The notes beneath the pieces were generated by a model. That model searched no databases. It worked only from the letters and a program-made list of their open reading frames with translations, and had not been told where the DNA came from. From an uncultured Acidimicrobiaceae bacterium (GTDB lineage Bacteria; Actinomycetota; Acidimicrobiia; Acidimicrobiales; Palsa-688): a stretch of 64,000 bases of DNA. The position numbers and the translations under genes are program-made. How positions within the stretch are numbered: position 1 is the first letter of the stretch; each line of letters begins with the position of its first letter. Location of the stretch: NCBI GenBank assembly GCA_963807395.1, contig CAWEBW010000017.1, forward strand, positions 13,187-77,186. Reading direction: 5' to 3'. Below, one piece after another: positions 40,444-51,237 of this stretch.

Positions 40444-41751
40444 CTAAATGGTGCTGATATTCCCCTTAGTCCACGGCAAGAGGGCAGCCCGAAGCTTGGA
40501 GAAGCGCACCCGTTCTTGTTCCAATCGGACACCAGCGCCATAAATGTCCGCGATCAGATCGTTGTAGAGAGACCGCTCGTGCTCTGTCAGATAGGCGAGC
40601 GGCCGGCGAGTCGGCTTTTCCTCCATAGTCCAATGAGCTCGGTGCCTGAGCAGCGTATCCCGGTCCATCAGGACAGAACGCACTTGAGGCAGGTAGGCGC
40701 GCAGCCGGCTGAGGATCTCGAAGCCGTAAGTGTCGATGTCACCCCAATAGACGATCTCGACACTTCTAAGCCAAGTCAGGCTAGCCAGTCCCGTTGCCGC
40801 GAACCCCGAGCCGAAAACGACGATGGCACGGGGAACTGGAGGGAAGGCCAAATAGGTCACCTCGTTTTCGACAATGAAAACAGTCGCCGCCGGGATCCTG
40901 TGGGCGGCCAGCTCGTCGGTTCGGACCGTTAGCTCACTGATACCCGGAGGAAAAATGGACAGCTCGGGGTCGAGGATACGGAACCGAGTGTAAAAAGGCC
41001 TAGCGAGGAAGCCAAACTGCCGAGCGAACTCGAGGGCTGGACTTGACACGTCCATTCGATGGCTAGGCAGGACCAACGGCAAGAGGTGCGAAAACAGCTT
41101 CTGGTACCGCTCCACGAACTTGGTGTCCACCCCTTCGACATCGATCTGGCGGACGTACATGCGCCCGGTGTCATGCGCGGCGATCCAATCGACGGTGGCC
41201 AGGACCTGCTCCCAGGCCTGGCGGTACTCGAGCACCAGCAACGGGTGGTTGGCGGCCCAAGCCGCCAGCTCCGGGCCCCGCTGTCGGGCCAGCGTCAGAA
41301 GTTGGTCCAAGGCGTCTACCTCGGCGCTGGCGCCGAGCAGCGAGCATAACTGCTCAAAGCTGGACAGCCGTACCCTGGCCGGGATGCGGTTGGCACCGAA
41401 GTTCCGTCCCCCGACAGTTCGGTATTCGACGTCTAAGCGTCCGAAAGCGTCTGATTCGAACGCGGCCACCCATTTCCGAACGTCCTCAAAATTGTGAAGT
41501 AGCTCGTCGGGCGTTGGGCCTTTGACCGGCAAGACGACCGGCTCCCACGTCTCCCCGCCGGCGTGCGCCCGCAGGTAAGCACCCGTGTCCCACCGCCGGC
41601 GGACGACGGCGACAAGGTCCGTGACTGAGGACCAGCTACCCTTAGCGCCAACCGGAGGGTTCCAGGCGCGCCCCAGGCTATTTTGGTTGCCGCCATTGGC
41701 CCTTTTTAGTTTGCCGGCAACCTGATCTTCCTGAAGCCGGGCTTTGCTCAC
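40444..41751 (-). CDS. jetD: Wadjet JetD (DUF3322 plus Toprim-like DUF2220)
   Basis: An intact 435-aa ORF. The C-terminal motif is FIVENEVTYLAF...FGSGFA...VYWGDIDTYGFEIL. It overlaps the jetC stop by 4 nt. Confidence 0.85.
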   Translation of the reverse strand: MSKARLQEDQVAGKLKRANGGNQNSLGRAWNPPVGAKGSWSSVTDLVAVVRRRWDTGAYLRAHAGGETWEPVVLPVKGPTPDELLHNFEDVRKWVAAFESDAFGRLDVEYRTVGGRNFGANRIPARVRLSSFEQLCSLLGASAEVDALDQLLTLARQRGPELAAWAANHPLLVLEYRQAWEQVLATVDWIAAHDTGRMYVRQIDVEGVDTKFVERYQKLFSHLLPLVLPSHRMDVSSPALEFARQFGFLARPFYTRFRILDPELSIFPPGISELTVRTDELAAHRIPAATVFIVENEVTYLAFPPVPRAIVVFGSGFAATGLASLTWLRSVEIVYWGDIDTYGFEILSRLRAYLPQVRSVLMDRDTLLRHRAHWTMEEKPTRRPLAYLTEHERSLYNDLIADIYGAGVRLEQERVRFSKLRAALLPWTKGNISTI

Positions 41752-44700
41752 GCCGCTGGGCCTTGTTGTCCCGGCTCGGTCACAGCCGCCAGACGCTCCT
41801 GGCGCCGGCGCTTGTACTCGGCGATCGTCAACGACTGCAGCCGCGAGTAGCTACCCGACGGGTTGTCAACGAAGCCGACGGCGGAAACGTAGGGCTCGAT
41901 GACGTGGATTTTCTGCAGCGGCGTGACAATCAAGAGTTGGAGTCCCAGGCGGGTAAATAGCGTCAGCGCGTACTGGGTCGACGCCTCCGACCCTCGCCCG
42001 AACGCTTCGTCGATAACGACGAAGCGGAACGCTTTGGACCGAGCTGCCCCCCCATCGAGCTTGAACTGGTATGCCAGCGACGCGGCCAGGATAGTGTAGG
42101 CTAATTTCTCTTTCTGGCCGCCTGATTTGCCGGCGGAGTCGGTGTAGTGCTCGTACTCACTGTCGTCCTCCCGCCACCGTTCGGAGGCCGAGAATAGGAA
42201 CCATTGGCGGACGTCCGTCACTCGCCGCGTCCAGGTACGGTCCAGATCAGTCATACCTTCAGGGCCCCTGAACCGGTCGATGATCCTCTTCACCTGCAAG
42301 AACTTCTGCTCGGAGTACTGGTCGCCTCGACCGGCTCCGATCACGTCGTCGGTACATGCTCGAAGCTCGGCCCGGAACTCCCGGACGTCGGTGTTCGGGG
42401 TGAGCTCGGCACCAGGGTGATGAAACGGCCCTCGTTGTAATCGATATCCACAAGCGAACGATTAATCGTCTCGATCCGCTCGCGTATGAGCTTTTCCTGC
42501 TTGTTCAGCTGGGCGGCGAAGCTGGCGATGTCGCGGATCGTGTTCTGGTTCAGGTAGTCCTTGAACTCTTTTTCAAAACGGGGAAGGTCGTCATCCGCCA
42601 CGCGGCGGTGTAGCTCCCGGTACTCCCCGGCCGAGGCGATCGACACGTCGAAGTCGACCGTCTCGTGCGGGTAGTGTGAGCGGAAATCGCTCATGGCGCC
42701 GATGGCCCGCTGGGCTACGCTGTTTTGGCGCTGTGACGCCCGGGCCGATTCGCGCTCAAGCACCTCTCGCGTCGACTGTTCGAGGGGAGCTAACGAGGCG
42801 CAGCTCGGGGCCTCGCCTTTTGATGTCGCCGCGACAGTGGCCTCCAACGCCGTCCACGCACGGCTCGTAATTTCGGCCCCTCCGGAGCGGATGAGCACAC
42901 TATCGGCTACCTGCACCGCCTCTCGGGCGGCCTCCTGATCTCGCTCGAGGCCACCCCGTTCGCGTTCCAGGCCCTTCACCTCCTGGTCCCTTGCTTTGAT
43001 CGAACCGGTGACGTGAGAAAGTTCAGCGGTGAGGGCGGCCAGATGGTTTGACGCGGAGAGAATACGGTCTCGCTCGTCGTTCAGGGCAGTGATCTCATTG
43101 ACGATCGCTTCCCAGTCGAGGTCTTCCCACGCTGGGTACTCGTCCAGGCTGGCGAGGCACCGGAGCCCCTCGCCCGCCTTGGCGGCTTGGTTTGCCCATT
43201 TATGCAACTCGTCGGCCATTTGAGCCTGGCGGCGGTGCAGAGTGCCGGCGTGGGCGATTACGGCTTCGATCTTTTGCTGGTTGCTCCACCCGAGCACGTA
43301 CTCGCGCCGGTCACCAATAGACCGGCGGTCGTCCTTTTCGTGGCGCTCCCGGTCCTTAACCTGCCCCGACCGGGTAACAGCTTTTGCCGCCGTCCGGAAG
43401 TCAACAATGCTTTCGACGCAGGCGTGGTTGGCTCGCCGGGAGAGTTCTGCCAACAGCCAGGCATCGAAACCGCACTCTGCTTTGATTTCCAGCATGTCTA
43501 GAAGCAATGGGTGGCCGCCCTGGCGATCGGGGGGCGGCGGGGCCGGCACGCCGGCTGGCACCCGGTAATAGATGAGTCGCGCCCCGAGGTGGCGCTGGTC
43601 CACCCAAACGGCCACTGCGTCGTAATAGCGGGAAGGGACCAATAGAGACAGGGCGAAGTTGTGAAGTACCCGCTCGGCCGCCCCTTCCCAATCGGTCGCG
43701 TCGCTACGAACCTGCACCAGCTCGCCCGCGAAGGGCAAGGCGTCTGCATCGATGCCGAGGTCTGAGCACAACTGGGTGCGGAGTTGAAGACCGTTGCTCG
43801 GGATGTTCGAGGGATGGGACTGGAGGCTGTGCAACTCGGCGTTTATGGCATTGGCTTCCTCCTCGAGCTTGCGCTTGGCGACCTCCACTTCGATCTGATG
43901 ATCCTGGGCGTTGGCCTGCTCACGCTCGACGTCGTCGCGACGGGAACGGGCCGCATCCTTGGCCGCGCCGAATTGCAGGACCGTCGTGACCGGCTCGAGG
44001 TGCGCCATAGCCATGAGGTCGTTGAAGCGGCCTAACTTTGCCTGCCGGAGTGGTCTTTCCTGCTCTAAGCGGGAGACGTCCCGGTCGATGACGGTCAACC
44101 TGTCACCGCCGTGACCGGCGATCTCAACCCGGAGACCGGTCTCCTTTTCCCTCAGTTCGGCGAGCTCGGCGCCACGGGCGTGCGTTGTTGCGCTCACTTG
44201 CTCTAGCCGGGCCGACAGCTCCTTCAGCGTGGTGCAGTAAAGCGATTTCGCCAGCTTGGCGAAGTAGTAGGGCACTGCCTCTTGCTGCAGGCGGATCTCC
44301 GCCGCCGTGGCACCGAGTTGGTCGAACTCGTCGAGCATTTTGACCAGCGGGCGGAGCAGCTCGAGCTGGTCCCGGGCACGCACAACGGCGTCGTGGGCCC
44401 TGGTCAGGTTTTCGAAGTGCTCCACCAGCGTGTCAATTTGAGCTTTGCTGTCGAAGGGCTCCAGCATGTGGCTGCGGACGAAGTCATTGAGGTTGTCGAC
44501 CGCTTTCATCGACACGGTTTGATGGAACAGCTCCATCGCCTGTTCCGACTCTATGCCGAGCCGACGGCGGAAGTCCTTGCCGTACTCGGGGAAAGAGTCG
44601 TAGGTACGAGCCCCGACGTCGCGCAAGCGGCGGCGCAGGGCGGCCAGGTCCGGCCCGAAGTCAGAGAAGTTGGCCGTGATCGACAGCTCGGCGTCGGCTA

Positions 44701-45172
44701 CGACGTAGAAGCGCTCGGGCTGTCCGGTGTCGCGCGTGCGAAAAACTTGGGCGAGGGTCACCGTGGTGGGGAAGTCCACATTGGCAAAGATCCCGAGGAT
44801 CACAGAGAAATGGCGCCCATCGCGCAGTCCCACCGGCCTGGAGGCGCCCGTGGTTTCGTTGCGCTCGGACTTGAAGTGCCCTTCCACATAGGACCGCAAA
44901 TCCCTTTCCCGGGTGTCAGCCCCGACCGCCCGGTTGTACGAGATCTTGTGGGCGGGAAGGAGCAAAGTGGTGATGGCGTCGACCAAAGTCGATTTGCCTG
45001 AACCGATATCTCCCGTTAAGAGGGCGTTACGGCCACTGACGTTGAAGGCCCACACGCTCTTGTCGAACGTGCCCCAGTTGTAGACCTCGAGCCGCCGGAG
45101 ACGGCTACCAGGGAGCCGTTCTGGCTGGAGCCGTTCCAGGTCCATGAGGCTGAACAGGGCCGATGACATCAA
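41748..45172 (-). CDS. jetC: Wadjet JetC (SMC-like ATPase) with an apparent 1-nt frameshift near 42412
   Basis: Walker A is [13 protein letters not shown], followed by long coiled-coil sequence. The C-terminal ORF 41748..42344 carries [21 protein letters not shown] and [14 protein letters not shown]. At the junction I read ...FITLVP|[11 protein letters not shown] only after shifting frame (ccgag where ccggag is expected). Confidence 0.85.
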
Positions 45173-45778
45173 CCTGCTCCCGGCTCGCTGAGCTCAGCCA
45201 CGTACTCCTCCAGCCGGGCCTCGAAATCGGACAACCATTGCCCGTCCACGTAAGCCTTTATGATCCGTCGCACTTCGTACAGGTCCTCTTGACCGCGTAA
45301 TTTGCGGAGGAACCCCATCTCCACCACCCGGTTGATGTGGATCTCGATGCTGTCTACCAGCCGGGCGTCGTTGGTCGATTGGGGAAGGTAGAGGCGGAGC
45401 ATTTCCACGACCTGGTCCCGGCTGAGCACCAGTCGAGTATCGGAGCTGCGACGCGTCGAACTCGGCCAGCCGCTTTCGCAAGAGCGCCAGAAGCATGCTG
45501 ACCTGAAAAGCGAGGGGCCGGCGAGCGACTAACCGGGGTATATCGTCCGGCACATCATCATCAGGCGTGCTGCGCAGGTAGGCGTACCCCTCGGCCTCGT
45601 CCACGCGTACCTCGAGCGCCAACACGGAGACGTAGTCGGCAACCTGGTTGCGAAGAGCGAGCAGCAGGGCCCAGGGCCTCTCGTGGGTGTCCCGGTAAAT
45701 CGGCCCCTTGAGGAGGTTTACCACTACTACGGACAATTCGGTCTGTCCCCCGTCGGCGACGGTCTGGGTCACGCTCAT
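45169..45778 (-). CDS. jetB: Wadjet JetB (DUF4194) with an apparent frameshift near 45445
   Basis: The N-terminal part is [13 protein letters not shown]...[15 protein letters not shown] and the C-terminal part is [14 protein letters not shown]...FLRKL. They are in two frames (ORFs 45194..45778 and 45169..45429). The gene overlaps its neighbours by ATGA on both sides. Confidence 0.8.
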
Positions 45779-46080
45779 CTGGGCCCCTTGCGATCTCGGG
45801 CGAACGACACCCTCGGTAGCTCCGCCACTCTTTCCACTTCTTCATCGTCAACGCTCCAAGACAATTGCTCCCGGTGCTGTCCGTCGAACGTGACCGCCAG
45901 CCCGGGCACGGCCAGCGACAGATAACTAACCAACTCAGCCAGGCCGTGCTCGAGCGGAGCAGTGGAGAGGACTGCGCGCAGGCTGACCTGCTCTTGAGGG
46001 CCTAGCGGGACCTTCCGGGCTATGGCCAGATGAGGCTTAGTTTTCCCTGTTAAACGAGGGTTTTCTGCTCTGCTCGCGTA

Positions 46081-46440
46081 TTACCTAAGTGGGCGGTTGC
46101 TGGCCGGGACGGCGACGGCGACTTCGTCGACGGCCGGGAAGGGGTGAGCGGGGTTGTAGTTGTTGGCCGTGCCCCAGGCGGCGGTCATATCGACCAGGAC
46201 ATGGTCCATCTCGTCCACGAACAGGCAACGCCAGCGCTGGCGGGGGTCGGCAGGGAGCGCCCCGCTGCTAGTTTGGCCGCCGGTCTGGTAGCCGAGCAGC
46301 ATCGGCCTGCCCTCCTTCCAGCCAAGGGCGTGGGGGCATAAGAGCCGCCGGCGGCCGTGGTAGGCGACGTGCACCGGGCGGCGCTCCCGGAGGGCACCTT
46401 CCAAGACGGCCCAGATGTCCGGCAACTTGGCCGCGGTCAT
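46081..46440 (-). CDS. IS-borne accessory protein (119 aa), possibly WYL/Sm-like
   Basis: It lies inside the IS boundaries and overlaps the transposase stop by ATGA. Copy 2 has a conserved counterpart. The pattern is VHVAYHGRRRLLCPHALGW...LLGYQTGG...QRWRCLFVDEMDHV. Confidence 0.5.
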   Translation of the reverse strand: MTAAKLPDIWAVLEGALRERRPVHVAYHGRRRLLCPHALGWKEGRPMLLGYQTGGQTSSGALPADPRQRWRCLFVDEMDHVLVDMTAAWGTANNYNPAHPFPAVDEVAVAVPASNRPLR

Positions 46441-48128
46441 AGCTTCCCCGCGGCGTAGGCGCCCAGGCCGAAAAGCTGGTAGAGGCGCTGTTGCGTGGCG
46501 TCCATCTCGGTGGTCACCCGCCGGGCTCGGGGCCGGCCCCGCTCTCCTTGGTAGAGCAGTACCGTCTCTTCGATGCCGGCCAGCGTGCCGAGCAGTTCGC
46601 GCACGCTCATGTGCATGCCGGCCCGCTCTGCTTCTCTCACCATGAGGCGGGCGGCCATCAGGGCCAGCACGCAGTAAAAGGCATGGACGCGGATCTTCTG
46701 GTCGGTCCAGTGGTACATGGGCGAAAAGGAGACCACGTTGGGGTCCTTCATCTGACGGAAGTCGCCCTCGGCCGACTCCTGGGAGCGGTACTCGGCCACG
46801 ATGGCCGCCGTCGGGGCCAGCTCGGGGCCCTTGTCGCTGAACAGGGCCCGCTTGCCGAACAGCTCCTCTTCCAGGCGGGCCCGGGCGGCTTGGCTCGTGC
46901 GGTAGCGCAGCCGAAGCTCGGGGGGCTCCTCGCCGGTGAGGGTGGCAGAGAGCACCCGGGACAGCCAGCGGGGCTTCAAGATATTGGCAACCTCGGCCTC
47001 GACGTTTTGTTTTTCCTTCCTCGTCTTGCCCCGGGCCAGACGGGCCTGGACCGCGCTGAGCTGGCCGCGGGCCTTGGCCAGGGTCTGGTCGAAGCCGGCG
47101 GACTGCTTTTCGTGCAGGACCTCGGAATGGGTCACCACGATGCGGCGGGCCTTGCCGAACACGGCCTTTTCGGCCTCGAAGGCGCTGAGGCCCGAGAAGC
47201 CTTCCACTGGCTGGTAGGTGGCTTTGGGCACGGCCAGCAGCTCTGGGTGGTCAGAGGGCGGGAGCGAGCCGACGAAATGGAACGGCAGGCCGTCCAATAG
47301 CTCGTAATTGTCGTCTGAGTTCTGCCCGGCGTCGAAGACGAGCGTGAGCTTGCCCACGTCGGCCGGGATGGCCCCGAAACGCCGGGCCAGTTCTCCCACC
47401 ATCGCCGGGAACTGGGTGACGTCGGGGCGGTTGCCGGGGTAGGCGTGGGAGACCAAAGGGATGCCACCGTCGGTGGACACCACCAGGCCGAGGCCGACTA
47501 AACGCAAGTCGGAGCGCTTCTGTTTGGAGTGGCCCCGCTGGGCGATCGGGGCACGGTCGTTCGCCGAGGCGATCCAGGTGGCGAAGTTGGTCATGTCCAG
47601 CACGAGCCCGGACAGCTCGACGCCAAAAGCTTCGACCATGTGGGCGACGATGCGCCGCTCGGCCTCAGCCAACTGGTCTTCGCCGAGCAGGTCCATCGCC
47701 TCCCAGAACCGCCGGTGGTCGAGCGCCCCAGCCGCCAGGTGCACCCAGCGGTCGGCGGCGGTCTTGGCCCACCAGTCCGAAAAGGCGAGCTTGGAGCAGG
47801 GGTCGCAGGCCCTATTGAGCGCTGCCAGGGAGATATAGGTCCCCACCGACGCGCCCGCGTCCGCCCGTCGTGGCCCCACCACCTCGTCGATTATCTCGGC
47901 CACCTTCAGCCGCTCCAGGACCGACCACACCGCCGCTATGTCCCCGAAGGCCAAGTGGCGGGTACGGTCCGGTTCGCCCGGGCCGGTCTCGGCCAAACGG
48001 GCGACGATCTCTTCAGCGGGGCCGAGGTAGCGCTGCGAGACGATACGGGGCTTGCCGCCTACCCGGGCGGACTCGACCAGGTAGTAGTAAGTCTTGTTGC
48101 CTTGCCGTTTGCCGACGATCGATGCCAC
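46437..48128 (-). CDS. IS1634 family transposase
   Basis: A 563-aa ORF beginning MASIVGKRQGNKTYYYLVESARVGGKPRIVSQRYLG, which I recognise as the IS1634/IS4-type N-terminus. DDE-type blocks follow. Confidence 0.8.
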   Translation of the reverse strand: MASIVGKRQGNKTYYYLVESARVGGKPRIVSQRYLGPAEEIVARLAETGPGEPDRTRHLAFGDIAAVWSVLERLKVAEIIDEVVGPRRADAGASVGTYISLAALNRACDPCSKLAFSDWWAKTAADRWVHLAAGALDHRRFWEAMDLLGEDQLAEAERRIVAHMVEAFGVELSGLVLDMTNFATWIASANDRAPIAQRGHSKQKRSDLRLVGLGLVVSTDGGIPLVSHAYPGNRPDVTQFPAMVGELARRFGAIPADVGKLTLVFDAGQNSDDNYELLDGLPFHFVGSLPPSDHPELLAVPKATYQPVEGFSGLSAFEAEKAVFGKARRIVVTHSEVLHEKQSAGFDQTLAKARGQLSAVQARLARGKTRKEKQNVEAEVANILKPRWLSRVLSATLTGEEPPELRLRYRTSQAARARLEEELFGKRALFSDKGPELAPTAAIVAEYRSQESAEGDFRQMKDPNVVSFSPMYHWTDQKIRVHAFYCVLALMAARLMVREAERAGMHMSVRELLGTLAGIEETVLLYQGERGRPRARRVTTEMDATQQRLYQLFGLGAYAAGKL

Positions 48129-49838
48129 ATTCTAGGTAATACACGACTAGCCAACGAATAGCAAGCATCTGAGCAGGACAAACGCGCTGGTAGTGGCCTA
48201 TTTTTGAAAAATCTTCGCGGAGCGTGGCGCGGGCGCTAGATCAGCTAGCCCGGAAAGTCCCGCTAGGGCGTCCCAGACGCTCCCGGCCAAGCGGGTCCGG
48301 TCGATGTAGACCTGGCTGACCAAGGCGGACGAGTCGAATTCCTCCGAACCGGCCGCCAGTTGCGAGCTGTCGAGGGGCGTCTCCTGTCGATGACGGTACA
48401 GAGGGCGCTCCATGGGCAGGCCGACGGTCACGACGGTGTCGTCCATTTCTGTGGCGAGCGCCGGGTCACGGACGTCCCGCACACGCAACGCCTTTGACTC
48501 GATGGCCCGGACAAGGTCGAACACCCGCTTGTTCTCGAGCCACAGCTGGTCGTCGAGGAAGCGACGAAGCTGGTCGGAAAGCAGCCGGACCGTGGCTTGA
48601 GTGCGTTCGCAGGCATCGATCCAGTCGAAGTGGATGTGGGCCAGCCGTGCTTCCTTGTCACCGATATCGTCGATTGCCTGCAGCCGTTCGAGCAGGTCGC
48701 TCAGCTCGGCCTGACGGTCGTGCGAGAGGAGGAAGTCGTAGAACGCTTGGAAGCTGCGGCCCTGATCGGACTCGGCGATGCTGTTGCGGCTCCCGACGGC
48801 GTTGTCGAGGAGCGCGCCCTTGGAGCCGGTCCAGCCCGCGATTTGTTGGCGTAGATTGCGGTCCAGCCGGCGGAAGTTCTCCTCGACCTGACGAAAGTCA
48901 GCCAGGAGCTCTCGAGCCGTGCGCTAGAACTGCTGGTAGCGGTCCCGCTGGCCCACGGGGTCGAGGCGGACGAAATCTCCTCGCTCGGCGCGGGCGATCT
49001 CCGCGTCCAACTCGGCTCGGCGCCGACGCAGCTCGGCCAGGCGTCGCTCGGGGTCCTCCTCGGCGCCGAACACCATTTGGCGCAGCAGGTCGAAGATCGT
49101 GTTCAACCTTGACTCCGTGCCGATGAACTCACGGCTGCGGAGGTCGGAAACCCACATCAGCGCCTTCTCGACCGCCGGAGAGAGGTCGTAACTAGCTTCG
49201 TCTGATCCCTGTGGGTAGAACTTGCGCAGCCAGCCCCGCTCCGGCGAGGCCCAGTCGTCGAGGTACTCGACGGCCGTCTTCGGGAAGCGGTCCTCACCCA
49301 AGCGCTGGTTGAGCGAGTAGAGCTCGTCGTCGAGCTCGCTGGTAAGCTGTCGTGCTGGCAGGTCTGCCACATTGCGGTCTAAGAACACCCGACCAAGGAA
49401 CGACATCACCAGTGCCACGTTGGCCGAGCGCAGGAGAGACCATGCCGGATGGTTGGTTCGAAAGTGGTCGATTTCGTCGTAATTCATTTGGCGCCCGGGG
49501 GTGTCGGCTCAGCGTGGGGATGGCGAAACACTCCTCTTGACATCTAACGTCTCTAGTGGGTCCACCACCTGGGTGATGGGCACGCGTAGGGTGCGCCGAG
49601 TCGGTCCTTTCTGGCTCGCCTTCCTTCTTGACCGGAGCGGGCTTGCTCGACTCCTTATGTTTGATCGTCGGATCAGACGGGATCTCCTCGGCGCACGTGC
49701 ATTCCTGTTCAGGAACTCGGCGGCCGGCCAGTGTGCCGGACCCCTGTTTCGAAGATGTCTGGGAACTACCCTACGGAGCTTGTGCGGTGCCGCCAGTGGG
49801 GCCGGAGGAATGGTTGGCCCACGAGAAGGAGGTTGTAA

Positions 49839-51237
49839 TTGAAGGTCCGTTTGGGCATTGACATAGCCTGCCGGGCGCACCACCAAGCGAGCCTGGCCGA
49901 CGAGGCGGGCGAGTTCATGTGGTCGGGCTGGCGGTTCCATACAAGCTCGGCCGAGCTCGAAGCACTTTGGGCAAAGGTCCCCGCCGGCTCAGAAGTAACT
50001 GTCGTCATGGAGCCCACCCGCAATGCCTGGGTGCCGTTGGCTGCTTGGCTAAAGGCGCGCGGTGCCACGGTCGTCCTCGTCCCCCCGAGCGCTCCGCTGA
50101 CTTGAGGGACTACTACGCCAAGCACACCAAGACCGACCGCCTCGACAGCCGGATGCTGGCACGGCTGCCCTTGCTCCACCCCGAAGGCCTCGAGCCGCTC
50201 GAGGGGCTCGGCCCGGCGGAAAGTTTCAAAAGGGCGGTCCGGCGCCGCTGGGGCCTGGTGCAACGGCGCCAATCGTGCTGCCAGCGCCTTGACGCCATGG
50301 TGGAAATGCTCGGCCCGGCCTATGCCGAGGCCCTGGGGACCGGTGCCTACAGCGAGACCGCCCTGGTCGTCCTAGAGCGCTACGGCGACCCCCGGGCCTT
50401 GCGCCACCTCGGCCGCCAACGGCTGGCGAGTGTCCTGCGACGCCTGAGCCGAGGGCACTGGCGCGAAGCCAAAGCTGACGAACTGTTGGCCGCCGCCGAC
50501 GAGGCGATGAAGTTGTGGGCGGCGGGTGGGCTCGATTTCGCCGCTCTAGCGGCCGACATCGCTGCCGAGGTCCGGGTCGTGCATGCCTTAGGGGAGGAGA
50601 TCAGCCGCCTGGACGCCCGGGTCGAGGACCTCTACCGGCAAGCTGCCCGGAGGGCATTGTCCTTTCGGCCCCGGGCCTAGGAGTGACCCTATCGGCGGCC
50701 ATCTTGGGCCGCTTTGGTGATTTCGACCGCTTCGCCAACCTGGCCGGGGTGCGCTCGTTCACCGGGCTGGTGCCCAAGGTGGACCAGTCCGGCAACACCA
50801 ACGGGCACGGAGGCCCGACCAAGGCCGGTGACCCAGGCCTGCGTTTGGTGCTGTTCCTGGCCGCCGACCACGCCCGCCGAGCCGACCCCCAACTTGCGGC
50901 CAAGTACCACCGTCTTGTTGTCGAAGAGGGCAAGCACCACGACTCTGCTCTTTGCCACCTGGCCGCCACGCTCGCTACAAGGATCGCAGCGTGCTGGCGG
51001 GCCAAAGTGCCTTACGCCTTGCGCGACGTGGACGGCCGGCTAATCACAGAGGCCGAAGGCCGGGCCATTGTGGCTGAGCGCTACAAGATCCCCGACGAGG
51101 TCCGCCAAGCCCGTCGCAGGGCTAACCGGGCTAAACAGCTGAAGGGGCGGACGAGCCGGCGCAGTCAGAAGTCGACCGGGGCCGCTCCAGCATCCGGCCC
51201 GTCCCCTTCTCACGCTAACGGCCATGTGGCAGCCTGA
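49839..51237 (+). CDS. IS110 family transposase with two apparent frameshifts (the C7 run at about 50090, and about 50650)
   Basis: LGIDIACRAHH...VVMEPTRNAWVPLAAWL...ADLRDYYAKHTKTDRLDSRMLARL, then PGLGVTLSAAILGRFGDFDRF...VPKVDQSGN. The protein can be followed across three frames. Confidence 0.8.

Larger units (their letters stand above)
46001..48267 (-). mobile_element. IS1634-like (IS4 superfamily) element, copy 1, inside jetA
   Basis: The inverted repeats are CCTAGCGGGACCTTCCGGGCTA (46001-46022) and TAGCCCGGAAAGTCCCGCTAGG (48246-48267). Both ends are homologous to copy 2. No target duplication is evident. Confidence 0.8.
45775..49487 (-). pseudogene. jetA: Wadjet JetA (DUF3375), split by an IS1634-like insertion (46001-48267) and carrying an in-frame TAG (48924-48926)
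   Basis: The N-terminus is ORF 48924..49487. The same frame continues after the TAG (YQQF*RTARELLADFRQVEENFRRLDR...) to 48268. The C-terminal 75 codons (PQEQVSLRAVLS...[11 protein letters not shown]) resume at 46000. Removing 46001-48267 gives one 482-codon frame. Confidence 0.8.

Noticed and set aside
34531-48926. Possible reassignment or suppression of the TAG codon, because jetA and queE both continue in frame after a TAG
   Set aside because: TAG also terminates apparently normal genes here, for example the solute-binding protein at 6181-6183 and the M29 aminopeptidase. An equivalent in-frame TAA occurs in the HAF gene. No suppressor tRNA or Pyl-type gene is visible. Ordinary nonsense mutations in decaying genes are the simpler reading.
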